From NCBI GenBank assembly GCA_964509545.1, contig CAZDXQ010000016.1, positions 509-64,508 of the forward strand: a stretch of DNA of 64,000 nucleotides. Direction: 5' to 3'. How positions within the stretch are numbered: position 1 is the stretch's first letter; each line of letters begins with the position of its first letter. Origin of the DNA: an uncultured Burkholderiaceae bacterium. Lineage in GTDB: Bacteria > Pseudomonadota > Gammaproteobacteria > Burkholderiales > Burkholderiaceae_F. The notes under the pieces are model-generated. The model saw nothing but the letters and a program-made list of their open reading frames with translations. It did no database searches and was not told the DNA's origin. Shown in pieces: positions 47,314-57,261 of the stretch. Made by a program: the position numbers and the translations under genes.

Positions 47314-48795
47314 TTGCCCATGCCTAACGCGAGTTCACTGGCCGGCGACGCGTCGGCGCGTCAGTGCTGGTCACTGTCGCGCTGGCTCGGCGCGTCGCTG
47401 CTGCTGGCGGCGGCCGCGCTTGACGCCCCGTCGATGGCCCAGGATCCGGCGAATCTTCAGCCGGTGCCCGAGGAAGTGACGGCAGCGCTGCGCAGCGCGC
47501 AGATTCCCGCTTCGGCGTCGGCCGTCGTCGTGCTGCCGCTTGCGCCAGGGGGCGTGACGATCGCAGTCAACGATGCCCGGCCGATGAATCCGGCGTCGAC
47601 GATGAAGCTGGTCACGACCTACGTGGCGCTGAACCTCCTCGGCCCCGCCTACACCTGGCGTACAGAGGCCTTCGTCACGGGCGCCTTGCGCCGCGACGTG
47701 CTCGAAGGTGATCTGGTGATCCGCGGCAGCGGCGACCCGAAACTCGTGATCGAAAACCTGTGGCTGATGATCCATCGCATCCGCAGCTACGGCATTCGCG
47801 AGATCCGCGGCGACGTCGTGCTCGATCGCTCGGCCTTCGCGCCGCTGGCGCACGATCCCGGCGAGTTCGATGGCGAACGGCTGCGCCCCTATAACGCCGG
47901 CCCCGACGCGCTGCTGCTGAACTTCAAGGCGGTCACGCTCGGCTTCGTGCCCGATCCGGAAACTCGCACCGCCCGCGTCGTGGCCACGCCCCTGCTCGCG
48001 GGCATGAAGCTGCCGCCCAATATCCGCGCCACGGACGGCCCCTGCGGCGACTGGCGCGCCCGGCTGCAGGCCGACTTCGCCGATCCGATGGCGCCGGTGT
48101 TCCGCGGTGCCTATCCGCTCGCCTGCGGCGAGCGCAACTGGCCGCTTTCAGTTCTCGATCACAACAGCTATTTCGCCGCAGCGTTCGCCGGGCTGTGGCG
48201 CAACGCGGGCGGAACATGGCGCGGCAAGCTGCGCGGCGGCAGCGTGCCCTACGACGCGCGGCGCATCGCGCTGCACGAATCGCCGCCGCTTGCCGAAGTG
48301 ATCCGTGACGTCAACAAGTTCAGCAACAACGTCATGGCGCGGCAGATCTTCCTGACGCTGGGCGGCGAGGCCGGCCGCCAGCCAGCCAGCGCGGCGCGGG
48401 CCGAGGCAGCGATCCGCGGTTGGCTGGACAGCCGCGGCCTGGCCATGCCGGAACTGGTGCTGGAAAACGGCGCCGGGCTGTCGCGCATCGAACGCATCTC
48501 GGCCGGCAGCCTGGCGCGCCTGCTGCAGCAGGCCTTCGCCAGTCCGCTGATGCCCGAACTGATGGCCTCGCTGCCGCTGGTTGGAGTCGACGGCACCATG
48601 CGCAAACGCAACGGCGCCGCCAACGCTGCGCACATCAAGACCGGGCTGCTCGCCGACGTGCGGGCCGTCGCCGGCTACGTGCACGCCGCCAGCGGCCGAC
48701 GCTACGCGGTGGTGGCGATCATCAACCACGCCAACGCCCGCGACGGCCAGGCCGCGCACGATGCGCTGCTGCAGTGGGTGTACCTGAACGGCTGA
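47314..48795 (+). CDS. dacB: D-alanyl-D-alanine carboxypeptidase/endopeptidase (PBP4)
   Basis: 493 aa. Signal peptide, NPASTMKLVT (SxxK), FSNN (SxN), HIKTG (KTG). Confidence 0.87.
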   Translation: MPMPNASSLAGDASARQCWSLSRWLGASLLLAAAALDAPSMAQDPANLQPVPEEVTAALRSAQIPASASAVVVLPLAPGGVTIAVNDARPMNPASTMKLVTTYVALNLLGPAYTWRTEAFVTGALRRDVLEGDLVIRGSGDPKLVIENLWLMIHRIRSYGIREIRGDVVLDRSAFAPLAHDPGEFDGERLRPYNAGPDALLLNFKAVTLGFVPDPETRTARVVATPLLAGMKLPPNIRATDGPCGDWRARLQADFADPMAPVFRGAYPLACGERNWPLSVLDHNSYFAAAFAGLWRNAGGTWRGKLRGGSVPYDARRIALHESPPLAEVIRDVNKFSNNVMARQIFLTLGGEAGRQPASAARAEAAIRGWLDSRGLAMPELVLENGAGLSRIERISAGSLARLLQQAFASPLMPELMASLPLVGVDGTMRKRNGAANAAHIKTGLLADVRAVAGYVHAASGRRYAVVAIINHANARDGQAAHDALLQWVYLNG

Positions 48796-48862
48796 TCCGC
48801 CGAACGTGCGGCGGCGTTCGGCCGCGCCTGCGCGGGCCGGACGTGCCGCGCTTGGCCGGCGC

Positions 48863-49474
48863 TCAGTCCGCGTACTTGATCGTGCATCCGTAGGCCGGCG
48901 TCGACGCGACCGATACCGGCCGGCCTGCGCGCAGGTCGGCAAAGGCGCGCATGACGAAGTTGGTCGCGGTCTTGACGTCGGCCGGATTGGTGCTGCGCTT
49001 GTCGTCGATCGCCCCCGCATAGACGAGCACTCCCTGCGGGTCGATGACGTACATGTGCGGCGTCACCTTCGCACCGTACGCGCGACCCACCGTGCCGTCG
49101 GCATCGAGGGCGGCCATCGACGGCACAGCGCCCTGCTGCGTAAGCCATGCCTTCTGCTCGGCCGGCTTCAGGTGTTCAGCGTGCGCGGCGTGGGTCGAAT
49201 TGATCGTCAGCCAAACCACGCCCTCGCCGGTGAACCGCTTCTGCAGTTGCTGCATGTTGCCGCTGCCGTAATGCTTCTGCACGAAGGGGCAGGAGGGGTT
49301 GGTCCATTCGAGCACGGCAAACTTGCCGCGCAGATCGGCCAGCGCGACCTTGCGCCCATCGAGATCGGTCAGGCTGAAGGCTGGGGCCGGCTGGCCCGGG
49401 TTGGCCTGCGCGGTGGCCACGCGCAGAGGCGCGGCAGCCAGCGCCGCCACGGACAGGAAGGTACGTCGCCGCAT
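48863..49474 (-). CDS. periplasmic redoxin/thioredoxin-fold protein (TlpA-like)
   Basis: 203 aa from MRRRTFLSVAALAAAPLRVATAQA (signal). Thioredoxin-like fold with NPSCPF motif. Inner part of the longer track ORF 48863..50293. Confidence 0.72.
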   Translation of the reverse strand: MRRRTFLSVAALAAAPLRVATAQANPGQPAPAFSLTDLDGRKVALADLRGKFAVLEWTNPSCPFVQKHYGSGNMQQLQKRFTGEGVVWLTINSTHAAHAEHLKPAEQKAWLTQQGAVPSMAALDADGTVGRAYGAKVTPHMYVIDPQGVLVYAGAIDDKRSTNPADVKTATNFVMRAFADLRAGRPVSVASTPAYGCTIKYAD

Positions 49475-49503
49475 CTTGGTCTCCTCGTTCGTATCGGTTG
49501 CGA

Positions 49504-51654
49504 TCACAGACGAGCAAGCGCCTCGAGAACGACGCGCTCGCTGAGCAATTCGGGCAGCACCTGGGTCGCGCCATTGCGGCCATAAAGCACGTACAGCGGC
49601 ACGCCGTTGCGGTTGAAGCGGGCCAGTTCGCGCGTGATTTCGTCGTCGCGATTCGTCCAGTCGGCGCGCAGCAGTGCCACGCCGCGCTGCGCAAACGCCT
49701 CGCGCACCGAATCGCGGCCAAGCACCAGCCGCTTGTTCGCCTGGCAGGTCACGCACCAGGCCGCCGTGAAGTCGACGAACACCGGCTTGCCGGAGGCGAT
49801 CTGCGCCTGCTGCGCCGCTCGGCTCCAGGCTTGCCAGTCGTTCGCTTCGCCGACGCGGACGACGTCCCTCGCGGCCGGCGCGGCGCCGGAGCCGGTGGCG
49901 CCAAAGACCGCGTACGCCGCCAGCGGTGCGGCGGCCAGCGCCACCCAGCGCCAGCGCCTGGCGCCGGACTGCGACAGACCGGTCGCCCACGCCGCCAGCG
50001 CGGCGAGCACCAGCCCGCCGAGCACCAGCGCCACTGCATCGACATCGACCTGCTGCGACAGCACCCAGAGCAGCCAGACGCATGTCGCGAACATCGGGAA
50101 CGCCATGGCCTGCTTGAAGCGCAGCATCCACGCACCGGGCCGCGGCAGCCGCTTCAGCAGCGCCGGCATCCAGGTCAGGGCAACGTACGGCGTGGCCATG
50201 CCGATACCGAGCAGCGCGAACACCAGCAGCGCCACCGGCGCCGGCTGCGTGATGGCATAGCCAAGCGCCGCGCCCATGAACGGGGCCGTGCACGGTGCCG
50301 CCACGACGACGGCAAGCACGCCGGTGGCGAAGCTGCCGCTCAGCCGGTCGCCCTGCAGCCGCTGCGCGGCACCGCTCGACGCCAACGCGCCGCCGAAGCT
50401 GAATTCAAAGACGCCCAGCAGGTTCAGGCCGATCAGGAAGAACAGCAGCGTCAGCGCAGCCACCACCCATGGCGTCTGCAACTGGAATCCCCAGCCCAGT
50501 TGCTCGCCGGCGGCGCGCAGCGCCAGCAGCAGCGCCGCCAGCAGCACGAAACACAGCAGCACGCCCGCCGCGAAAGCGCTGCCGTGGGCACGCAGCGAGG
50601 CGTGCGGCAGGTGCGCCGCGTCTTCGGCGCGCTGGTGCTGAATCAGGCTGAGCAGCTTCAGCGAGAGCACCGGAAAAACGCAAGGCATCAGGTTCAGGAT
50701 CAGGCCGCCGATGAACGCGCCGGCCAGCGCGACCCACAGTGTGGTCGTCACCACACCACTCGCCGCACCGGCACCGATGGATGCCGCCGCGACCGCAGCC
50801 TCGGCCGGCGCGACCTGCGCCACCGTGCCCGCCTGCAGCGGCAGATCGATCACGCCGGCCCACCCACCCCGGTCGGCGGCTACCGGCCCGCCGTCGGCGA
50901 CCAGCACGCCCTTCAGCCGCTTGAACTGAGCCGCGACCGGACGCGCTGCCGTCAGGTACAGAGCGCTGCCGTCCGCCTCGACGCGCATCGTCTGCGCCGC
51001 GGCCGGCTCGATGCGTGACTCTTCGAGCGGAAAAAACTCAAGCCGTTGCACCGGAGCGGCGGGCCTGAAGGCAACGCGGATGCGGTCGTCCTCGATCGTC
51101 GCCACAGCCGCCTCGAGTTCCACCGGGGCGGGAATCTGCCCGCGCGTGGCCGCGAACAGCGGCGCGTGGCGCGACGGCGCGGCTTCGGCGCGCACCGGCA
51201 GCGACAGCTGCAGATCGGCGCCGCCGGGAATACAGACGTCCTTGCAGATCAGCCAATCGGCGCGCAGCCTCAGCTCAATGTTCTGGTCCAGCGACAACCC
51301 GGCCGGCACCTCGACTTGCACCGGCAGCAGCACCTCGTTCTCGTAGCCGAAATTCATCAGCGGCCCGACAGGGAGCCGCCTGGGAACCGGCCACTCGATG
51401 GGTCCGGCGGCGAAGCCCTCGGGCAGGTCCCATTTCAGTGTCGTCGGCAGGCCGGAATCGCCCGGGACCTGCCAGTAGGTGTGCCAGTGCGGGTCGTGCT
51501 TCAGACGCAGACCGGCCGCCAGTGGCCGTCCCGGAACGGCCGCGTCGGTCGCCACCACCAGTTCGGCTTCGGCGTTGTCGACGCGGACGGGCTGGGCGCC
51601 GGCGGCAGCGGCGAAGAAACCTGCCACCAGCAGGATGCGGGCAAGAAAACTCAT
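49504..51654 (-). CDS. DsbD-family protein-disulfide reductase (N-terminal periplasmic domain + membrane core + C-terminal thioredoxin domain)
   Basis: 716 aa. DWLICKDVCIPG in the N-domain, membrane core with NLMPCVFPVLSLK and APCTAPFMG, C-terminal FVDFTAAWCVTCQANK. Confidence 0.85.
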   Translation of the reverse strand: MSFLARILLVAGFFAAAAGAQPVRVDNAEAELVVATDAAVPGRPLAAGLRLKHDPHWHTYWQVPGDSGLPTTLKWDLPEGFAAGPIEWPVPRRLPVGPLMNFGYENEVLLPVQVEVPAGLSLDQNIELRLRADWLICKDVCIPGGADLQLSLPVRAEAAPSRHAPLFAATRGQIPAPVELEAAVATIEDDRIRVAFRPAAPVQRLEFFPLEESRIEPAAAQTMRVEADGSALYLTAARPVAAQFKRLKGVLVADGGPVAADRGGWAGVIDLPLQAGTVAQVAPAEAAVAAASIGAGAASGVVTTTLWVALAGAFIGGLILNLMPCVFPVLSLKLLSLIQHQRAEDAAHLPHASLRAHGSAFAAGVLLCFVLLAALLLALRAAGEQLGWGFQLQTPWVVAALTLLFFLIGLNLLGVFEFSFGGALASSGAAQRLQGDRLSGSFATGVLAVVVAAPCTAPFMGAALGYAITQPAPVALLVFALLGIGMATPYVALTWMPALLKRLPRPGAWMLRFKQAMAFPMFATCVWLLWVLSQQVDVDAVALVLGGLVLAALAAWATGLSQSGARRWRWVALAAAPLAAYAVFGATGSGAAPAARDVVRVGEANDWQAWSRAAQQAQIASGKPVFVDFTAAWCVTCQANKRLVLGRDSVREAFAQRGVALLRADWTNRDDEITRELARFNRNGVPLYVLYGRNGATQVLPELLSERVVLEALARL

Positions 51655-51689
51655 CGTGCGTTCGTCAGCGGCCAGGCCGCCGAGTTCCG

Positions 51690-52982
51690 TTAACGCAGTG
51701 ACTTGAAGGCCTGTCGCGCCGCCGCCACAGTCTCGGCGATCACGCCATCATCGTGCGCGGAAGAGACGAATCCAGCTTCGAAGGCCGACGGCGCCAGATA
51801 GACGCCACGATCGAGCATGGCGTGGAAGAACGCGTTGAAGCAGCTCCTGTCCGCGGTCGTGACCTCGGCGTAGCTGCTCGGCACCCGGTCGGAAAAGTAA
51901 AGGCCGAACATGCCTCCGACGCGATCGGCGCAGAAGGTGACGCCCGCTTCCCGCGCCGCGGCGAGCAGGCCGTCGACCAGCGCCTGCGTACCGGCGCCGA
52001 GCCGCTCGTAGAACCCGGGCGCCTGGATCAGCTTCAGCGTGGCCAGGCCGCAGGCCACCGCCACCGGGTTTCCGGACAGCGTGCCGGCCTGGTAGACGGC
52101 ACCCAGCGGCGCCAGGTGCTTCATCACCTCATTCGGGCCGCCAAAAGCCGCCACGGGCATGCCGCCGCCGATGACCTTGCCGAGAACGGTGATGTCCGGG
52201 CTGATGCCGTACAGCGATTGCGCGCCGCCGAGGGCCACACGGAAGCCGGTCATCACCTCGTCGAACACGAGCAGCGCGCCGTGCCTGGTGCAAAGCCGGC
52301 GCATCGTGTGCAGGAATTCCGGCGAGGCGCGAACGAGGTTCATGTTGCCGGCCACGGGTTCGACGATCACGCAGGCAAGATCGTCGCCGTGCTGGCGGAA
52401 GGCATCTTCCAGCTGCTGGCCGTCGTTGTAGTCGAGCACCAGCGTGTGCTGGGTGATTTCGGCCGGCACGCCGGCCGAGCTCGGATTGCCGAAGGTGAGC
52501 AGACCGGAGCCGGCCTTGACCAGCAGGCTGTCGGCGTGGCCGTGATAGCAACCCTCGAACTTGATGATCTTCCGCCGTCCCCTGCCGCCGCCGGCGGCGC
52601 CCCGCGCCAGCCGGATCGCACTCATCGCCGCCTCGGTGCCGGACGAGACGAGCCGCACCTGCTGCATCGACGGCACCAGGCGGACCAGTTCCTCGGCCAT
52701 CTCGACCTCGGCCTCCGTCGGCGCGCCGAACGAAAGCCCGCGCGCCGCGGCCTCCTGCACCGCCCGAACAACGTCCGGGTGCGAGTGGCCGACGATCATC
52801 GGCCCCCAGGAGCCGATGTAGTCGATGTAGCGGCGGCCATCGGCATCCCAGAAGTGTGCACCCTGCGCGCGGACGATGAATCGCGGGGTTCCGCCGACCG
52901 AGCGGAATGCCCGGACCGGCGAGTTCACGCCGCCGGGTATGGTCTGCTGGGCGCGGCTGAAGAGTTCTTCGTTACGATCCAC
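51690..52982 (-). CDS. hemL: glutamate-1-semialdehyde 2,1-aminomutase
   Basis: ORF 51690..53129. GTG at 52982 (or 52991) gives [26 protein letters not shown], the normal HemL N-terminus. PLP-lysine region present (GKVIGGGMP). Confidence 0.93.
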   Translation of the reverse strand: MDRNEELFSRAQQTIPGGVNSPVRAFRSVGGTPRFIVRAQGAHFWDADGRRYIDYIGSWGPMIVGHSHPDVVRAVQEAAARGLSFGAPTEAEVEMAEELVRLVPSMQQVRLVSSGTEAAMSAIRLARGAAGGGRGRRKIIKFEGCYHGHADSLLVKAGSGLLTFGNPSSAGVPAEITQHTLVLDYNDGQQLEDAFRQHGDDLACVIVEPVAGNMNLVRASPEFLHTMRRLCTRHGALLVFDEVMTGFRVALGGAQSLYGISPDITVLGKVIGGGMPVAAFGGPNEVMKHLAPLGAVYQAGTLSGNPVAVACGLATLKLIQAPGFYERLGAGTQALVDGLLAAAREAGVTFCADRVGGMFGLYFSDRVPSSYAEVTTADRSCFNAFFHAMLDRGVYLAPSAFEAGFVSSAHDDGVIAETVAAARQAFKSLR

Positions 52983-53325
52983 GGCGTCCACCGAAGCGGA
53001 TAAAAGCGCCAGTTTACGCAGCAGTACTGCGCCGGCAGCCTGCAGCTGGCAGGCAGGCGCTGGGCTGGCCCGGCGGCTCGCGCCATTGCCGATCGCGGCG
53101 TCCGGCTGGCCCGGTCGCAGGCCGGACAAAGATCCCGAAGGCAGGAGCCGCCGTCGCCTCGCCAGGTGGCATCGCCACGCGCGCCGGGACTTGACGAGGG
53201 GACTTGAGATTGGTTCTAGACCGTAAGCATGAACTTACAGCCCCTCGCCCGACGAAGAGGCCGGGCTATGATCGCTCGGCAGGTATGTGAGTCAACACGA
53301 ACACAGTGCAAGACGCGACCGGGAA

Positions 53326-53508
53326 ATGGCCACTGAGGCAGGCAAGCGCGCATGGATGTGTCTGATCTGCGGCTGGATTTACGACGAGGCCGCCGGCTTG
53401 CCCGACGAGGGCATCGCTGCAGGCACGCCGTGGGAGCAGATTCCGCCCAACTGGACCTGCCCCGAGTGCGGTGCGCGCAAGGAGGACTTCGAGATGGTCG
53501 AGATCTGA
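53326..53508 (+). CDS. rubredoxin
   Basis: 60 aa from ATG 53326. Two CxxC knuckles: WMCLICGWIYDE ... WTCPECGARKEDFE. Confidence 0.9.
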   Translation: MATEAGKRAWMCLICGWIYDEAAGLPDEGIAAGTPWEQIPPNWTCPECGARKEDFEMVEI

Positions 53509-53601
53509 GCCGAGCCGTAGCGGCCGGCGCCGATTGACCGGATCGAAGCCCACACCCGAGCCCCTCCCGTCGAACACTTTTTCGCAGCCCGGAGTCTTCG
53601 C

Positions 53602-54012
53602 ATGGCGGCACAGGATTTCACCCGGATTCGCGGCACGCGCGTGATGGTGATCGACGATTCGAACACCATCCGGCGCAGCGCCGAGATCTTCCTGAAGCAG
53701 GCCGGCTGCGAAGTGATCCTCGCCAACGACGGCTTCGAGGCGCTGGCCAAGATCAATGACCACCAGCCCGCCATCATCTTCTGCGACATCCTGATGCCGC
53801 GGCTCGACGGCTACCAGACCTGCGCCCTAATCAAGCGCAGTCCGCGCTTTTCCAGGACACCGGTGGTCATGCTCTCCTCGAAGGACGGACTGTTCGATCG
53901 CGCCCGCGGCCGGATGGTCGGCTCCAGCGAATACCTGACCAAGCCGTTCACCAAGGACAGCCTGCTCGCCGCCGTCCTGCACCACTCGGCGAAATCGACC
54001 GCACTGACCTGA
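53602..54012 (+). CDS. pilG: CheY-like response regulator PilG (type IV pilus chemosensory system)
   Basis: 136 aa. VMVIDDSNTIRR, ...IIFCDILMPRLDGY..., LSSKDG..., YLTKPF. First gene of the pilG-H-I-J-chpA order. Confidence 0.85.
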   Translation: MAAQDFTRIRGTRVMVIDDSNTIRRSAEIFLKQAGCEVILANDGFEALAKINDHQPAIIFCDILMPRLDGYQTCALIKRSPRFSRTPVVMLSSKDGLFDRARGRMVGSSEYLTKPFTKDSLLAAVLHHSAKSTALT

Positions 54013-54033
54013 AGCCTGAAGCGGGAGCCCATC

Positions 54034-54399
54034 ATGCCGATCAAGAAAGTCCTCGTTGTCGACGACTCGCCCACCGAGCGCTACTTCCTGACCGAACTGC
54101 TGACGAAGAACGGCTTTCACGTTTCGGCGGCCGAGAACGCGGAGGAAGCGCTGCTCAAGCTGAAGGCAGCCTCGCCCGACCTGATCCTAATGGACGTGGT
54201 GATGCCGGGGCAGAACGGCTTCCAGCTGACCCGGCAGATCGCCCGTGATCCGGCCACGCAGCACATCCCGATCATCATGTGCACGAGCAAGAACCAGCAG
54301 ACCGACCGCATCTGGGGCCTGCGCCAGGGCGCTCGCGACTACGTGACCAAACCGGTCAAGGCCGAAGAGCTGCTGGGCAAGATTGCCGCGATAGGGTGA
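54034..54399 (+). CDS. pilH: CheY-like response regulator PilH
   Basis: 121 aa. VLVVDDSPTERY, LILMDVVMPGQNGF, YVTKPV. Confidence 0.85.
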   Translation: MPIKKVLVVDDSPTERYFLTELLTKNGFHVSAAENAEEALLKLKAASPDLILMDVVMPGQNGFQLTRQIARDPATQHIPIIMCTSKNQQTDRIWGLRQGARDYVTKPVKAEELLGKIAAIG

Positions 54400-54413
54400 A
54401 CGTGAACGCGCCG

Positions 54414-54935
54414 ATGGAACACCCCAAGCACCTGGCCAGCCTGCGCGATTTCTCGGCCCAGCTGGCGCAGCGACTGAGCGAAGCGCCCGAGCGCGAAGTG
54501 CCGCAAGCGCGCCTTGGCGTGCGCGTGGGCAGCCAGAGTTACCTGGTCGAAATGACAACCGTCGGCGAGATCGTGCCGCTGGCGCAGATCGCGCGCGTGC
54601 CGTGGACGCGACCGTGGTTCCGCGGCCTCGCCAACGTGCGCGGCCGTCTGGTCGGCGTCTATGACCTGCCGCAGCTGGCCGGTGCCGAACCGCTGAGCGC
54701 CGAACAGGGCCTGCAGCTGCTGGTCTTCGGCGACTCGCTGAAGGTCAACGCGGCGCTGCTGATCACGCGCGCCTTCGGGCTGCGCAATGCAAAGAGTCTC
54801 GACGCGCTGCCGGCGGCGGCCGAGACGCAGCCTTGGGAAGGCGGGCGCTTCCGTGATGCCGACGGCACGACGTTGACGGAACTGGACCTGGCGCGACTGG
54901 CTGCCGACGAGCGTTTCGCTTCGATCGGCGTCTAG
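54414..54935 (+). CDS. pilI: CheW-like coupling protein PilI
   Basis: In-frame starts at GTG 54396, GTG 54402 and ATG 54414 in ORF 54279..54935. CheW-like core YLVEMTTVGEIVPLAQIARVPWTRPWFRGLANVRGRLVGVYDL. Confidence 0.8.
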   Translation: MEHPKHLASLRDFSAQLAQRLSEAPEREVPQARLGVRVGSQSYLVEMTTVGEIVPLAQIARVPWTRPWFRGLANVRGRLVGVYDLPQLAGAEPLSAEQGLQLLVFGDSLKVNAALLITRAFGLRNAKSLDALPAAAETQPWEGGRFRDADGTTLTELDLARLAADERFASIGV

Positions 54936-54999
54936 GCGGACGCGCACGGCGACCGAATGCAGGCGCCGTCCGGCGCGACCGGACGGTCAGGACGAGGGG

Positions 55000-57243
55000 A
55001 TGGCAAAAGACATGGGAACGATGAGCGGAAAAGAGGTCGGGGACGCGCCCGCCGACGGGCCGATCACGGTGCAGCCGTTCCGTTACACCGAGGTCGCTTC
55101 GGCCGAGGGCAGCGCGCACGCCGAGCCGGCGATCCCGCCGGCGCCGCTGACGCAGCGCATCGATCGCGCGCAACTGCGCGACGTCCTGCGCAGCGGATCG
55201 TGGGCCTCGCGCCTGATGGACAAGGTGCAGCGCTGGGACATGCCGGGGCTCGGCGGGCGGCCGATCGCGCAGCAGTTGCAGGTCCTGCTGATCCTGCTCG
55301 GCCTGTTCGCGTCGCTCACCGTCGCGGTGCTGGTCCTCGACCAGCGCGCGGCAGGGCAGCAGTCGGAACTGGCCGATCACTTCGGCGCGGCGCTGATGCA
55401 CAGCCAGCGCCTGGCGCGGGCCAGCAGCGGCGCCACCGAGGGCAACGCGGCAGCGCTGGCCGAAGTGAAAGACAGTCGCGACCAGATCGGCGAGATCCTG
55501 GCCGCGCTCGGCCGCAATGCCTCGGGACCGGTGGCAGCGGAGCTGACGCGCTTCGCCGACACGTGGAAACCGCTCGAAGCCGCGGCGTCGAAGATCGTTT
55601 CCCAGGAAAAGGCGCTGCTCGCCTACGGTGTCCTGCTGACGGCGATCAACGACTCGGCGCCGAAGCTGACCGCGCTGGCCGACGAGATCGCGGCGCTGAA
55701 GCTGCAACAGAATGCACCGGCCAGAGAGATCGCGCTGGCCGGCCAGCTGGCGGCTGCCGCCCAGCGCGTGGCGCGCCATGCCAACAACCTGCCTGCCGGC
55801 CGCGGCGATGGCGCCGAGGCGGCAAAGACCTTGGCGCGTGACCTCGGTCTGGTGCGCGATGTTACGCAGTCGCTGCTTGCCAGCTCCGATGGCGAGGTTC
55901 GCAACCGGCTGCAGCAGATCGTCAGATTCAACAATGACCTTCAAGCCGCGGCGGGAGCCGCAGTGCCCGCGACGAACGCCGTGGTCGAGGCCGCCGCCGC
56001 GCGCAACCTGCTGCTGTCCAGCGCCGAGCCGGTGCGACAGAAACTGGCCTCGATCCAGACGCTGTTCAGCCAGGAACGCGGCGTACGCACCGTGAACCTG
56101 GTGGCGAGTGTGCTCTTCGGGTTACTGACGCTGGCGACGGTGCTGGCGCTGATGCAGGTGCTGCTGCGTGACAGCCGACGCCGCGCGCAGGAGGCCGACA
56201 CGCAGCGGCTGGAAGCGCAGCGACTCGAACAGACGGCAAAGCGCGCCAACGAACAGAACCAGGCGGCGATCCTGCGCCTGATGAACGAGCTGCAGGAGGT
56301 CGCCGACGGCAACCTGACGGTGCAGGCCACCGTGACCGAGGACATCACCGGCGCCATCGCCGACTCGGTCAACTACACGGTCGAGGAGCTGCGCGGGCTG
56401 GTCGGCCGCATCAACGACACCGCCGAGCAGGTCAACAGCGCCTCGACCGAGGCTCGTGACATCGCCACGCGACTGATGACTTCGTCTGAGGCGCAGGCGC
56501 GCGATATCCGCGACACCGGCCAGAACGTGCTGCAGATGACCTCCAAGATCGGCGACGTGTCCCGCGCCGCCGGCGAGTCGGCAAAGGTGGCGCGCGTGTC
56601 TCTGGAGGCGGCCGAGCGGGGCCAGCGCGCGGTGTACAACCAGATCGCCGGCATGAACGAGATCCGCGAGCAGATCCAGGAGACGGCCAAGCGGATCAAG
56701 CGCCTCGGCGAAAGCTCGCAGGAGATCGGCGAGATCGTCGAACTGATCTCCGACATCACCGAGCAGACCAACGTGCTGGCGCTGAACGCGGCCATCCAGG
56801 CGGCTTCCGCCGGCGAGGCAGGGCGCGGCTTCTCGGTGGTGGCCGAGGAAGTGCAGCGGCTGGCTGATCGCTCCGCCGAGGCGGCCAAGCAGATCGCAGC
56901 GCTGGTCAAGACGATCCAGACCGACACGCAGGACGCGGTGGCGGCGATGGAGAAAAGCACCCAGGGCGTGGTCGAGGGCACCAAGCTGTCGGACGCCGCC
57001 GGCACCGCGCTGGCCGACATCGGCCGGGTGTCGCGCCAGCTGGCGGAACTCATCGAGCGCATTGCCGGCAGCACGCAGGAGCAGGCCAGTTCCGCCGACG
57101 GCGTGGCCAACGCCATCGAGCGCATCCTCGGCGTCAACGAACAGACGACCGAAGGCACGCGCCGCGCCGCGCAGTCGATCGGCCAGCTGGCCGGACTGGC
57201 GCGCGAGCTGAAGGAATCGGTGGCGCGCTTCCGCGTCTCCTAG
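55000..57243 (+). CDS. pilJ: methyl-accepting chemotaxis protein PilJ
   Basis: 747 aa. Two TM segments flank a large periplasmic domain. Highly conserved MCP signalling hairpin EIVELISDITEQTNVLALNAAIQAASAGEAGRGFSVVAEEVQRLADRS. Confidence 0.87.
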   Translation: MAKDMGTMSGKEVGDAPADGPITVQPFRYTEVASAEGSAHAEPAIPPAPLTQRIDRAQLRDVLRSGSWASRLMDKVQRWDMPGLGGRPIAQQLQVLLILLGLFASLTVAVLVLDQRAAGQQSELADHFGAALMHSQRLARASSGATEGNAAALAEVKDSRDQIGEILAALGRNASGPVAAELTRFADTWKPLEAAASKIVSQEKALLAYGVLLTAINDSAPKLTALADEIAALKLQQNAPAREIALAGQLAAAAQRVARHANNLPAGRGDGAEAAKTLARDLGLVRDVTQSLLASSDGEVRNRLQQIVRFNNDLQAAAGAAVPATNAVVEAAAARNLLLSSAEPVRQKLASIQTLFSQERGVRTVNLVASVLFGLLTLATVLALMQVLLRDSRRRAQEADTQRLEAQRLEQTAKRANEQNQAAILRLMNELQEVADGNLTVQATVTEDITGAIADSVNYTVEELRGLVGRINDTAEQVNSASTEARDIATRLMTSSEAQARDIRDTGQNVLQMTSKIGDVSRAAGESAKVARVSLEAAERGQRAVYNQIAGMNEIREQIQETAKRIKRLGESSQEIGEIVELISDITEQTNVLALNAAIQAASAGEAGRGFSVVAEEVQRLADRSAEAAKQIAALVKTIQTDTQDAVAAMEKSTQGVVEGTKLSDAAGTALADIGRVSRQLAELIERIAGSTQEQASSADGVANAIERILGVNEQTTEGTRRAAQSIGQLAGLARELKESVARFRVS

Positions 57244-57261
57244 ACGCCGCCGGGGATACGC

